Origin: a virus
Reading direction: 5' to 3' (one strand)
Virus record (IMG/VR): IMGVR_UViG_3300045988_108506
Coordinates: 1 to 64,000 of that record
DNA length: 64,000 bases
Positions 8,121 to 17,693 of this stretch are shown one piece after another (position 1 is the first letter of the stretch; every line of letters starts with the position of its first letter). The translations under genes were made by a program, and so were the position numbers. The notes under the pieces are model-generated. The model made no database searches and had not been told where the DNA came from. It saw nothing but the letters and a program-made list of their open reading frames with translations.

Positions 8121-8372
8121 ATGGAGAAAAGAGACAAGGAAATGCCTTACGAGGTAATCATACAGGAGAGAAACAAAGTGGATTTATACGGTAACGTAGT
8201 ATATTATATCTATTGGTTTGATAAATATGGGAACGATATTACAAACGAATGGAAATTCTGGAGCAAGGGTCCGAAAAAGAAATATGATAGAGTTAATCGT
8301 TATCTAACGGATGATTGGCTGAAGAAATACTGTAAGAATGACAATTTAAAGATAAGGAGAATAAAGGAATGA
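8121..8372 (+). CDS. hypothetical protein (83 aa)
   Basis: Six-frame ORF. GGAGGATAAAG ribosome-binding site upstream. Confidence 0.5.
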   Translation: MEKRDKEMPYEVIIQERNKVDLYGNVVYYIYWFDKYGNDITNEWKFWSKGPKKKYDRVNRYLTDDWLKKYCKNDNLKIRRIKE

Positions 8373-8884
8373 AAACGATAAAAGTAGACAAAGTGGTTTT
8401 ATATTACATGGATCGGGTAGACCCTGACGGGAACTTATACCGGTTCTATATGTATAAAGGAATGGCATCTGAAATAGAATACTTTTGCACGGAAGAGGCA
8501 GGTAATATGACCATACCAATCGGAGAAGGAAAGTATGTCAAGATCGTACCAAAAGAAATAGAGAGAATACCGGTAAGGGGATATAGGAAGCTTGCTGGAA
8601 TATGGAATTGTGAAACATGTAACGGAAAGGGATGGTATAGGCTTTTTAATTATTTCAAATACAAGCCGACCCTATGTTATTTTAAAAAAGCGGGACATGA
8701 TGAAAATGGGAACACAAGATACGAAATATCATTATTTAATGCCACTATGAATGTGACAAGGTATTTTAATCTGTGGAGAATGAAGCCAGGAAAGCATGCT
8801 ATGATAACAAACGAGTGTGGCGCCTTGGATATTATAAAAGAAAAATTTGACAACATAAATATAGTGGAATATGGATCTAAATAA
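8369..8884 (+). CDS. hypothetical protein (171 aa) with a CxxC pair
   Basis: Six-frame ORF. Confidence 0.55.
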   Translation: MKTIKVDKVVLYYMDRVDPDGNLYRFYMYKGMASEIEYFCTEEAGNMTIPIGEGKYVKIVPKEIERIPVRGYRKLAGIWNCETCNGKGWYRLFNYFKYKPTLCYFKKAGHDENGNTRYEISLFNATMNVTRYFNLWRMKPGKHAMITNECGALDIIKEKFDNINIVEYGSK

Positions 8885-9290
8885 ATTGTATAAAGAAATA
8901 GAAGAAGCAGAGGTCAGTCTGAATGCAAAAAGATTAAAGTACATCAAAGAAGCATTAGCAGAAAACAATGGAATTATAAAGCTAAAATTCAAAGAATTTA
9001 AAGAGTTTAAAGAAACTAATGATGCGTTTGACTTTGATGATCAGTTTCCGGTGATAATAGAAATTAATGGGATTCCTATGTTTTTAACGGAGGTGTATGT
9101 CAAAAAAAACGATTTTCGGGATGATTTTGCAAAACAGAAGCATGATGAGTTTTATGCTTACGTCAAACATCATTGTCCCGGCTTTGAGGATAAAATCGAG
9201 TGGGAATATTTCCAAGCATATAAAACTATGCCGTGGAATCTGTCTCAACAAGTAAAGTTTTGGAGTAATTATGGAATTGCCTTTAAATAG
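8871..9290 (+). CDS. hypothetical protein (139 aa)
   Basis: Six-frame ORF. Confidence 0.55.
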   Translation: MDLNKLYKEIEEAEVSLNAKRLKYIKEALAENNGIIKLKFKEFKEFKETNDAFDFDDQFPVIIEINGIPMFLTEVYVKKNDFRDDFAKQKHDEFYAYVKHHCPGFEDKIEWEYFQAYKTMPWNLSQQVKFWSNYGIAFK

Positions 9291-9297
9291 TTAGTAT

Positions 9298-9612
9298 ATG
9301 ACATTTAAAGAATTTATGCAAGAGAACGGCTATGACCTGATAACTACCTTTTGGGAAGATTTCAGCATAGCCGACAAGTATGGTATAGCAGGTGTCAAAG
9401 ATACCTACAAACGTGCGTTCAGCGAATGGAAAGACGATTATAAGTTCTTTACAGAATTGACGCTGGTATTGAATCATAAAATCTGGCAACATTATAAAAG
9501 CAATCGTGAACTGGCTGCATTGTATGACCGGTTGTGGCGGGAAGCTGACGAGTATGCCATGAACAACTTTAAGGGAGAAGAACTTGATTATTATTACAGA
9601 GTAACAGATTAG
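9298..9612 (+). CDS. hypothetical protein (104 aa)
   Basis: Six-frame ORF. Confidence 0.5.
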   Translation: MTFKEFMQENGYDLITTFWEDFSIADKYGIAGVKDTYKRAFSEWKDDYKFFTELTLVLNHKIWQHYKSNRELAALYDRLWREADEYAMNNFKGEELDYYYRVTD

Positions 9613-9615
9613 AAA

Positions 9616-10074
9616 GTGATTATGAAAAATACGATAGTAACAGGCAGCCTAATTGTATTCAGTGACGGATTTGTTTGGAAAAGATTGTCCAACGAAAAAG
9701 CCTACAAGATATGGGTGTCGGCAGAAAATGAAGATTTTGAGTTATACAAGGTGAGAGTAGATGATGAGTCCGAGTCATTGATAGAAAGTTTGGAAGATTT
9801 ACAGGATGCCTTTAAACAAGGTCATCATGTATGTATAGAAGTAGGTAAGCTACCATATAGCATAGGTTTGAATTACTTACGAAATCTACAAGAGATGTCG
9901 GTGACAGCCGTGGATGATCTAATGGGATTAAAAGAACGTAGCAGGGAAGAGGCATTTAACATCATTCAAGAGTGGACCAAAGAGTTTACAGAGAAATATG
10001 GGAATTATTATTTTGATGGCTCATACTATGATGAAATAGATGCATTTATCGAAGAAAAATTAAGAACTATTTAA
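9616..10074 (+). CDS. hypothetical protein (152 aa)
   Basis: Six-frame ORF. Confidence 0.55.
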   Translation: MIMKNTIVTGSLIVFSDGFVWKRLSNEKAYKIWVSAENEDFELYKVRVDDESESLIESLEDLQDAFKQGHHVCIEVGKLPYSIGLNYLRNLQEMSVTAVDDLMGLKERSREEAFNIIQEWTKEFTEKYGNYYFDGSYYDEIDAFIEEKLRTI

Positions 10075-10085
10075 AATATAAAGAC

Positions 10086-10895
10086 ATGGAAGACGATCTT
10101 ATTACAACAAAAGAAGTAGGCGATTATCGCATTAAAGTGTATTATTGCCGTGATTCAGAATGCCCTATAACTAATTGGGGTTTGTTTGGGTCATTCTTTT
10201 TTGAATACTCTGATATGCATCGATTGCATGATGAATGCAATTGGAAAACTTTCTTCTACGATAACAAGCATGATCTTAGAGATGTTATTGATGCTATTGT
10301 AATGAAGCATATAGAACAGAAAGACATTGTAAAATATTTAAAGAAAGGGGAAGCGAATGGGATCTCATTCACATACAACAGAGGTGGCAATGTATGGAAG
10401 TTGAAGCATAAGACAAGTCCATATATAGGTCAAGAGTTTTTTCCAAGTGATTTGACGGACTTTGATTGCAGAGGAGAATTAATAGAGGATCTGGATGATG
10501 AAGACCTGTTAGATATCATATCCAAATATGGAAAAGATGTGGTAGCTATAGAGTGGTCAACAAGGGGTTATAGTCAAGGTGATTATATAAAAGGGATAGT
10601 ATACGTTACAAAAGAAAAATATGATAATGAAGTCTGCAACAAAGAAGGAGACTGGAAAGAAGATTGTGCCAAGATTATAGATAATGAAGTAAAGTCCATA
10701 GGTATGTGGATGTGGGGAGATGTAAAAGGGTACGTTCTTGAAAAGAAGGTAGCATTTACCAAGAAATACAAAGACAAATCAAGAGAGGATGAAGATTGCG
10801 AAGAATGGGAAGAGGTTGATTCTTGCTGGGGATGTTACGAGGAGACAGATGAATTGATAAAGGAAGTCATGATAGAGAATGGCTTAGAAGAATAG
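10086..10895 (+). CDS. hypothetical acidic Cys-containing protein (269 aa)
   Basis: Six-frame ORF. Confidence 0.6.
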   Translation: MEDDLITTKEVGDYRIKVYYCRDSECPITNWGLFGSFFFEYSDMHRLHDECNWKTFFYDNKHDLRDVIDAIVMKHIEQKDIVKYLKKGEANGISFTYNRGGNVWKLKHKTSPYIGQEFFPSDLTDFDCRGELIEDLDDEDLLDIISKYGKDVVAIEWSTRGYSQGDYIKGIVYVTKEKYDNEVCNKEGDWKEDCAKIIDNEVKSIGMWMWGDVKGYVLEKKVAFTKKYKDKSREDEDCEEWEEVDSCWGCYEETDELIKEVMIENGLEE

Positions 10896-10963
10896 GTTGT
10901 GTATGCTGATGCCATGAGTGATTTTATCCAGAAATTATATAACTACATTTAATAACATATCTT

Positions 10964-11356
10964 ATGAAAACACAAGAAGAATATGCACTTGAAATTGACG
11001 AAATAGTTCGCCGGGATGTGGAGAGTCGCCAGAGCGACTGGTTTAAAATCGACAAGGAGATATTTATGCAGCCAGAGAATAAGAACAAGGCATTTATTTT
11101 GGGAACCCGGAAGACCGGATGTGATTTAATAATACTGGGTGGCACTAATTGTGATGAAGGTAGTATGGATTGGCTTTTTGGGAGTCTTGGCAATGAAAAT
11201 TTCTATGTATGTAAGCCGCTATCTTTCTATAAATCACAACAAGAAATCCAGAAAGTAAATCCGCTTTATGCTTTCAAGGTGGCCACTGCTTATTTTAGAG
11301 AACAAGGGAAGGTTCCGGTATTTGAAGATAGTAACTGTAGATTAATAAAACTATGA
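10964..11356 (+). CDS. hypothetical protein (130 aa)
   Basis: Six-frame ORF. Confidence 0.55.
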   Translation: MKTQEEYALEIDEIVRRDVESRQSDWFKIDKEIFMQPENKNKAFILGTRKTGCDLIILGGTNCDEGSMDWLFGSLGNENFYVCKPLSFYKSQQEIQKVNPLYAFKVATAYFREQGKVPVFEDSNCRLIKL

Positions 11357-11589
11357 GCATAAAAGTAATAAGATACAGGTTGCCCTCTTATTGGGCTTGC
11401 CCGTTAATCAATGATGATTACACTGGATTAACGAATGAAGAATGTGAGGAAATCCAACGCTTCTTGGAAGCAGCAGAAGGTTATCCGGTAGATGTAGATT
11501 TGGAAACACAAGGGTTTTACCGTTGTAATGACGCAGGAACACTTCCCGGAGAGTGTGCAGATTTTATTTTTCATAAGTGTAATGATTAA
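11353..11589 (+). CDS. hypothetical protein (78 aa)
   Basis: Six-frame ORF. ATGA overlap with the upstream gene. Confidence 0.5.
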   Translation: MSIKVIRYRLPSYWACPLINDDYTGLTNEECEEIQRFLEAAEGYPVDVDLETQGFYRCNDAGTLPGECADFIFHKCND

Positions 11590-11600
11590 ACTAAAATAAT

Positions 11601-12497
11601 ATGGAAACTACAAACAAACTGTTTTATTCAGGTACAAAATTCTTTACAGAAAATGAAGAAGATTATAGAATAACAGTTAGAATCTCTTTGGATGATGACT
11701 GCAAAAATAACATATGCGACTGGAGCATAACAGCCGACGTTGACTGGAAAAACAAGCATGGAAAATATGAGGATTACTTAGGAGGCTGCTGCCACGATGA
11801 AGTCGCAAAACATTTTCCGGAATTAGCGAAATTCATATCGTTGCATCTTTGTAACCATTATGGTGCTCCTATGCATCCGGTAGAAAATGGCATATATCAC
11901 GTGAGAAGAAGTGGTATGTCTGTGGCAATGGAGTATTTGCGTATATCAGAACAAGAATGCGTAGAATTATATAAAGCCTCTGAGGATAAGATGTATTTCA
12001 AGTATCTGCTTTTCGATTTAGGAATTGTAGATAGATGGAAACGTGAATCAGACGAGCTTCTTGTTGAACTTGAAGACCTGTGTGGTAAGAAATGGGTAAA
12101 TCCGTATACGCCGGAAAAGGAAAGGTTTACTTTGACATTAACGGACGAGGAACGTTTGCTTATTGAAGAGCGCATTAAAGCCGGGTATTATTCCGCAGAA
12201 AATATCGAAAAACGTAGGGAAGAGGTTCATAAGGCAAAGATGTTGAAAAAGCGTGCTGAAATTTGTGAGCGATACGATAAGAAAATCAGACAAGCAGAAG
12301 CAGAAAAGAAGATAATGCTCTGTGTGTTTGATTATGGATTGCCAATTAATAATGTTATATATTATCCTCACACGAACACTTTGTCTTTCAACTGGAACGG
12401 TTATGGAGAAAAAATCACACAGGAAGAGTTTGATGATTTTGTGAATAAGGTAGACCGCTCCAAGTTGCCGGAAGATATTAGGTTTGAACTTAAATAA
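11601..12497 (+). CDS. hypothetical protein (298 aa)
   Basis: Six-frame ORF. Confidence 0.6.
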   Translation: METTNKLFYSGTKFFTENEEDYRITVRISLDDDCKNNICDWSITADVDWKNKHGKYEDYLGGCCHDEVAKHFPELAKFISLHLCNHYGAPMHPVENGIYHVRRSGMSVAMEYLRISEQECVELYKASEDKMYFKYLLFDLGIVDRWKRESDELLVELEDLCGKKWVNPYTPEKERFTLTLTDEERLLIEERIKAGYYSAENIEKRREEVHKAKMLKKRAEICERYDKKIRQAEAEKKIMLCVFDYGLPINNVIYYPHTNTLSFNWNGYGEKITQEEFDDFVNKVDRSKLPEDIRFELK

Positions 12498-12507
12498 AAT
12501 ATAGGAT

Positions 12508-12798
12508 ATGGAAAGATTGAATTTTGAAACATTGTTTCGTGTTGTAAGATGGGATTACAACCGCTGCTTTAAGGATGAATCACTGGATAAGGATTTGTTC
12601 ATGGAAAAATACGGGAAAGTTATGGGGGAACATTATTACAACAAGTTTGTCCATGAGTTTAACGGGAATATCATGAAGATGATTGGTTACTTCAGAGGTT
12701 CCGAAAAAGAAGGGCAAATCTTCTGCGATATGATAACCGAACGTATTGAAAAATACGAAAAGAGAATGTCATATGATAAAGGTAAGTTAAACAATTAA
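12508..12798 (+). CDS. hypothetical protein (96 aa)
   Basis: Six-frame ORF. Confidence 0.5.
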   Translation: MERLNFETLFRVVRWDYNRCFKDESLDKDLFMEKYGKVMGEHYYNKFVHEFNGNIMKMIGYFRGSEKEGQIFCDMITERIEKYEKRMSYDKGKLNN

Positions 12799-12810
12799 AA
12801 AGATATTTAT

Positions 12811-13872
12811 ATGAACAATTCAATGGTCGCTCACTTGTGGGCTCATGAACAAGAAGAATCAGCATCAGGGAGCAATTTCTTCTTTGAAGGTACAAGTATT
12901 TATTCTTATGGGCATTACTTTGAAGTCGGGAGAATAGTAAAAAACAAACAAGGGAAGAAAGCATACCTGATAAATGAAGATTATTATTCTGCTACCACGG
13001 GCAGACATCAACGCTATGTTCGTAATGCGATACCAATTTGGGCAATGGTTTTCAGTGTAGGGGATAATATATCGGATACTGGTAATATGAGGTTTGTTGC
13101 CAGCAAACTGGAATCAATTAAGAAGTCTATTGAAAAATACAAAAGAGCTAAAACAGAATTATCTTATACAGATATTTGGGGCGCTTTTGGGAATATGATG
13201 GATTACATTCAGTTCTTTAACATGGGAACTGCTAAGAGTATCCTTGAAAAGAGTGCTAATGATTGGCTTGGAACCAATCATGAATTATCCAAGAGCGAAG
13301 ATAGTATCAAGCGTAAGCACGTACATGAATTAAAACGCATCTTTCAAATTTTATTGGATCATCAAGGATTAAAAGTGTTAGGGACCGTAAATGTGATTGT
13401 TGATGAAGTTTGCGGGGAAGGTACATGGATTAAGTATTTAGAAAGATCTGAAAGATGGAGAAAGGGTGAGGAAGAAAGAGAAAGAATAAAATTAGAGAGA
13501 TTAAGCAAGGAAGAAGAAGCCCGTCACAAGGATTTTGATGAAAAACTGGAAGAGTGGAAGTCAGGAGAAATCAATTTCTTGAATACACCTTTCTATATTC
13601 CTGGTGAAAAACCTAACGCCTGGATTCGTATAAAAGGAAATATTATTGAGACAAGTAAACAGATAAAGATTGGAATAACAGAAGCCAGAAAACTGTGGCG
13701 GGCTGTGTCGGCAATGCACCGGGGCGCCGAGTTTCGGCACGGTCTGGTGGAGGACATCACCGGTCACCAGTGGAGTCTAAATCGGTACGAAAACGATTTG
13801 CTAACCGCTGGATGTCATAGGATAGCATATAACGAAATGGAGAGAATAGCAAAACAACTGGGATGGGTTTAA
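12811..13872 (+). CDS. hypothetical protein (353 aa)
   Basis: Six-frame ORF. Confidence 0.6.
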   Translation: MNNSMVAHLWAHEQEESASGSNFFFEGTSIYSYGHYFEVGRIVKNKQGKKAYLINEDYYSATTGRHQRYVRNAIPIWAMVFSVGDNISDTGNMRFVASKLESIKKSIEKYKRAKTELSYTDIWGAFGNMMDYIQFFNMGTAKSILEKSANDWLGTNHELSKSEDSIKRKHVHELKRIFQILLDHQGLKVLGTVNVIVDEVCGEGTWIKYLERSERWRKGEEERERIKLERLSKEEEARHKDFDEKLEEWKSGEINFLNTPFYIPGEKPNAWIRIKGNIIETSKQIKIGITEARKLWRAVSAMHRGAEFRHGLVEDITGHQWSLNRYENDLLTAGCHRIAYNEMERIAKQLGWV

Positions 13873-13918
13873 GTAACCCATCTTGTTTTATTGATTACAT
13901 AATTAAAAATAAAAAGAT

Positions 13919-14098
13919 ATGGAAAATCCAATTATTGTTCCGTTTGATTTAAATACGGCGAGAAAAATTAAAAGCGGAGAAATAGAAGGTTCAGTATTAA
14001 TTGGTAATATTAAAATAGAATTTGTATATGAGTCAAAAGACTGTGCAGATCGTTATAATTTACTTTTGGTAACGGCAAAACATAAACAATATGAATAA
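13919..14098 (+). CDS. small hypothetical protein (59 aa), below the ORF-track cutoff
   Basis: ATG at 13919 and TAA at 14096-14098. Overlaps the start of the downstream gene by 8 nt in another frame. Confidence 0.35.
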   Translation: MENPIIVPFDLNTARKIKSGEIEGSVLIGNIKIEFVYESKDCADRYNLLLVTAKHKQYE

Positions 14099-14753
14099 TT
14101 TTGTAATAGATACTCCAGATAATTTCTGGCAAATAAGATGGCTTGACAAGTATATGGAAGGCCACAAAGGATTCATAGCTGGTGGATGTTTTAAAAATAT
14201 CCTTTCCGGAGAAAGAGTAAAAGACATTGATATTTTCTTTGAAAGTGAAAGCGATTTTCAGGAGGCTATTGATTCGTTCAATGATGAAAAACATCAGAAA
14301 GAAGGATGGAAATTTAAGTACAGAAATGAGAAGGCATGTGCGTTCCAGAAAGAGGGAGAAAAGGTATGGATAGAGTTCATAGAGTCAGAGTTTGGAAAGC
14401 CGAAAGAGATTCTTAGGAGCTTCGATTTTACTGTGACAAAAATGGCTTACTATAAGGAGCCCAAATACGAAGAAAAAGAAGATGATTATTTTCCATTCTC
14501 ATCTGCAAGTATAGTAGCATACGAGTACAAACTACTCTATCATGAGAAATTCTTCGAACATCTTCATATGAAGAGGCTGGTCATTGACGAAAATATTCCT
14601 TTTCCAGTAAGTACATGGGAGCGCTCATATCGGTATAAAGGATATGGTTACAATATGTGCCGGGAGACAAAGAAAAAACTTCTACAGGCTATTAAAGGTG
14701 TAAACGTAGAGGAGGGAGATGTATCTTTGTACACTACTGGAGGATGGGATTAA
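14091..14753 (+). CDS. putative pol-beta-type nucleotidyltransferase (tRNA CCA-adding/poly(A) polymerase head-domain-like)
   Basis: GFIAGGCFKNILSGERVKDIDIFF matches the GG-x(9-13)-DhDh signature of class II tRNA nucleotidyltransferase head domains (GGaVRDllLG..pkDiDi). A later acidic residue at FDFTV is a candidate third carboxylate. Confidence 0.5.
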   Translation: MNNFVIDTPDNFWQIRWLDKYMEGHKGFIAGGCFKNILSGERVKDIDIFFESESDFQEAIDSFNDEKHQKEGWKFKYRNEKACAFQKEGEKVWIEFIESEFGKPKEILRSFDFTVTKMAYYKEPKYEEKEDDYFPFSSASIVAYEYKLLYHEKFFEHLHMKRLVIDENIPFPVSTWERSYRYKGYGYNMCRETKKKLLQAIKGVNVEEGDVSLYTTGGWD

Positions 14754-15211
14754 CCTATAAAACAAAATTGCTTATGAAAACATTAGAACAACTTAAAGGA
14801 TTAGCATCAAAATGTTTAGACGGTAGAGATTTTAACAGACTGGCTAAATTTATCCCATATAACATGATAAAGGATTTCGGTATGGAGCCGAACGAAGAAT
14901 ACAATAACGAAGAAAGGTGGAACAGTACTGTAGTTGAATTTACCAGGGAGAATGTTTTGAAACAGCTTGAAGAAGATGTAAGATTCGGTTTTGAAAAGGC
15001 ATTAAATCAGAGAGGAATATCAGCCAGTTTAATGTTTGAATGTGTAATGATGTGGAACTACATCCTGGAAGAAGGTCTTGAAGACTGGGATGAGGATGAT
15101 TATAGATTTTACGGGCTACCTCTATTTAAAGCTACGGCTGTAAAATACGGATGGGATAATCCTATAGGGGAAGACAGCGGGAGAGAAAGAAAATATGATT
15201 CACAGTATTAA
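14744..15211 (+). CDS. hypothetical protein (155 aa)
   Basis: Six-frame ORF. Confidence 0.5.
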   Translation: MGLTYKTKLLMKTLEQLKGLASKCLDGRDFNRLAKFIPYNMIKDFGMEPNEEYNNEERWNSTVVEFTRENVLKQLEEDVRFGFEKALNQRGISASLMFECVMMWNYILEEGLEDWDEDDYRFYGLPLFKATAVKYGWDNPIGEDSGRERKYDSQY

Positions 15212-15222
15212 ATGGGCATATC

Positions 15223-15372
15223 ATGAGCACAAGTAAAGAATACAGGGATCATCAAGACTTTATGGAATTTCTTAGAAATGTGGCAGCCGATATATGGGTG
15301 GAATATACGGAGCCTGAACAAAGAAGTAAGTTGTTTAATTTAATGAATAAAAAAAATGAAAACAGTTTTTGA
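15223..15372 (+). CDS. small hypothetical protein (~49 aa), below the ORF-track cutoff
   Basis: ATG at 15223 and TGA at 15370-15372. Fills the gap between flanking genes. Confidence 0.3.
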   Translation: MSTSKEYRDHQDFMEFLRNVAADIWVEYTEPEQRSKLFNLMNKKNENSF

Positions 15373-16021
15373 TTTAAGCAGAGATGAGATTGTGGCATTG
15401 ACAGACGAAGAGATAAGTCTGTATATAGACAAGGAGCTTGCTGGTAAAGGTATTCCAATTGAAGCTAAAAACTGGAATATAAAGAACGAAAAAGAAGTCG
15501 TGTATCCAAGAACTGGAGTTCCAGTATTTATGTTAAAAGATATCGGCATCGGTTTTAGAACCGTAGAAGGTGCAACTGAGGTGGCTAATTTGCTTGTTAA
15601 ATATAATGCATTTAAAATAGAATCAAGGTTTCTGACAGGATCGTATGAACAGTTTTGGATCATAAAAGAAAGTGTTTGCCCGGCTATTAAAGGGGAAGCG
15701 GGGTATAGCAAAGAAGAGTTTGATAAGGTAAACAAGGAAAGCAAAGATCCAGAATTGGAAAGTATAAATTCCTTCAATGATACTGTGAAAAAAGCCAATG
15801 AAATTAAAGACAGGGTGTTGAAATACGTGTACAACATAAAACAAGAGCGTTCATATAACAATGACCTGGTTGGTATCTTTGAAAGGTATAAAGATATAGC
15901 AGACGGTGATATGGAGGTAGCTATGAATTTTATTAAGGAGGCCTATCCATTCAATGAAGAAACAGAATCGTTTATCAGGAAAAAGTTTGACATGCCTATG
16001 CCGGACGAATCAAAAGAGTAG
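15356..16021 (+). CDS. hypothetical protein (221 aa)
   Basis: Six-frame ORF. Confidence 0.55.
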   Translation: MKTVFDLSRDEIVALTDEEISLYIDKELAGKGIPIEAKNWNIKNEKEVVYPRTGVPVFMLKDIGIGFRTVEGATEVANLLVKYNAFKIESRFLTGSYEQFWIIKESVCPAIKGEAGYSKEEFDKVNKESKDPELESINSFNDTVKKANEIKDRVLKYVYNIKQERSYNNDLVGIFERYKDIADGDMEVAMNFIKEAYPFNEETESFIRKKFDMPMPDESKE

Positions 16022-16039
16022 TAATTAAGCTAAATTAAA

Positions 16040-16075
16040 TCATTTTGAATCTTTTTTATTATCAAAAGACATATT
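16040..16075 (+). promoter_or_regulatory. Bacteroides-type promoter: TTTG (16042-16045), 20 nt, TATTTTTG (16066-16073)
   Basis: Matches the Bacteroidetes sigma-AB consensus TTTG-N19-21-TAnnTTTG, in the intergenic space before ORF 16077. Confidence 0.35.
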
Positions 16076-16076
16076 T

Positions 16077-16352
16077 TTGTCCAAAAAAACAAACAGAATG
16101 GAAGAAAAAGAGATAAAAGAAGCTATGATTGAAGCCCTGACGCACTTAGAGGGGTGTAAGTATTTCGTAGCCACGATAGTAAATGAAGAGGAAAGAAGAT
16201 TTGATATGAGCCTAAGAATGTCACAGCATCAATTGGCGTTAATTATAAAAGGCATCTTATCTAATAATGAGATGATGATGATGGATGTTTTGCAGTGGTG
16301 TTCTGAAAGATTTAAAAATAGTATAGAGAAAGGAAAGAAATCAACTAATTAA
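16077..16352 (+). CDS. hypothetical protein (91 aa; true start may be the Met at 16098)
   Basis: Six-frame ORF. The promoter -7 element abuts the first ATG. Confidence 0.5.
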   Translation: MSKKTNRMEEKEIKEAMIEALTHLEGCKYFVATIVNEEERRFDMSLRMSQHQLALIIKGILSNNEMMMMDVLQWCSERFKNSIEKGKKSTN

Positions 16353-16363
16353 ATATTAATACA

Positions 16364-16834
16364 ATGAATCGCTGGTTTGAAATTACGGTAAAAGCCGAGA
16401 TTGATAATATCGAGAACGGCAAAAAAAAGAAAGTAACTGAAAAGTATTTGGTAGATGCCTTGTCTTATACAGAGGCAGAATCAAGATCTTTAGAGATTTT
16501 CAAGGATTTATTTCAAGTGTTCGACATTATTAAAATAAATCCTATTAAAGTGTCGGAAATCTTCTTCAACGGAGAAGCTGAGTACTGGTATAAGTGTAAG
16601 GTGAATTACATTACACTGAATGAAAAGAAAGGTAAAGAAAAGAAAACGCCATGCTATATGTATGTCCAGGCCGGCAATCCGAAAGACGCTGAGGCTGTGT
16701 TAACTAAAGGTATGCAGGGCACGTTAGGAGACTGGAATTGCGAAGCTATTGCTGAAACGAAGATCATTGACGTATTCAAATACGATCTTCAGAAGGGAGC
16801 TGAAAAATTAGGCGAGAAGAAGAGTGAAGAGTAA
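16364..16834 (+). CDS. hypothetical protein (156 aa)
   Basis: Six-frame ORF. Confidence 0.55.
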   Translation: MNRWFEITVKAEIDNIENGKKKKVTEKYLVDALSYTEAESRSLEIFKDLFQVFDIIKINPIKVSEIFFNGEAEYWYKCKVNYITLNEKKGKEKKTPCYMYVQAGNPKDAEAVLTKGMQGTLGDWNCEAIAETKIIDVFKYDLQKGAEKLGEKKSEE

Positions 16835-17063
16835 GGCTGATGTAGTTTCCAACATAGCGCTTGTTGTGGCGATAATATCATTGCTTTCAGCAGGCGCTTT
16901 CCTTCTGATAGTGATTAAGACAGACGAGGTATCTAAATTATTAATGAACGTACCTTATCTACTGGCTTCAGCGGGATTGTTCTTTTCAATAATATCATTA
17001 TTATTCGAATGGAAAGCAAGGAAAAGAAGCTATACGTCTGCGAACGATGCGGACGAAAAGTGA
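16824..17063 (+). CDS. small membrane protein (79 aa, two hydrophobic helices)
   Basis: Six-frame ORF. Hydrophobic segments IALVVAIISLLSAGAFLLIVI and LLASAGLFFSIISLLF. Confidence 0.5.
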   Translation: MKSKADVVSNIALVVAIISLLSAGAFLLIVIKTDEVSKLLMNVPYLLASAGLFFSIISLLFEWKARKRSYTSANDADEK

Positions 17064-17551
17064 TGATAAGAAGTCATGGCTTATGCCAGGCTTGTAGGAG
17101 CAAAGAGTTGACTCCGAAGAAAAAAAACAGAATTACATCCATTAAAAACAGCAACAAGAAGAAAAAGTTAAAAAACCCGGATTTATCCGGGTTTTTTCGT
17201 CTTATGCTGGAAGAGTTAAATAGTATTCGGATGTCTATGACTGGTAGGGCTATTCATTTTCCTACAGTGTGTAACGTATGTCACATACTTCCTAAAAGGA
17301 TATATAAGTCGGTTGCTACTTGCAGAGATAATATAGTTTTCCTACATGAATCGGAGCATACGATATTCGACATGTATCTTGACCGGATGGAATTTGATAA
17401 ACTTGAAACAGAATTTCCTTTTGTATGGAAATATGCAATAAATAAGGTACTGGATATGGAAAGTAGAGGAATGATTAAAGAAAGAGGTAGATTGATTATT
17501 GAAATAATTGACAGATATGAGAAAAAAATACAAGGTCACAATAGAAGCTGA
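17009..17551 (+). CDS. zinc-ribbon protein (180 aa; CERCG...CQAC)
   Basis: Six-frame ORF with an N-terminal CxxC-x12-CxxC. Confidence 0.5.
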   Translation: MESKEKKLYVCERCGRKVMIRSHGLCQACRSKELTPKKKNRITSIKNSNKKKKLKNPDLSGFFRLMLEELNSIRMSMTGRAIHFPTVCNVCHILPKRIYKSVATCRDNIVFLHESEHTIFDMYLDRMEFDKLETEFPFVWKYAINKVLDMESRGMIKERGRLIIEIIDRYEKKIQGHNRS

Positions 17552-17693
17552 CGGTGAAATCATTTTCATTGCCAACGTAAAAAGGAAAAAGAGTGAGAGA
17601 GAAATTGACTTTGAGGGAGCGGCTTCGGATATAGATGAAGCTGAAACTGTGTTGTATTATGTTAAAGAAGCATTAATTGAGACAATGTTATGA
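17508..17693 (+). CDS. hypothetical protein (61 aa)
   Basis: Six-frame ORF. Confidence 0.4.
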   Translation: MTDMRKKYKVTIEADGEIIFIANVKRKKSEREIDFEGAASDIDEAETVLYYVKEALIETML

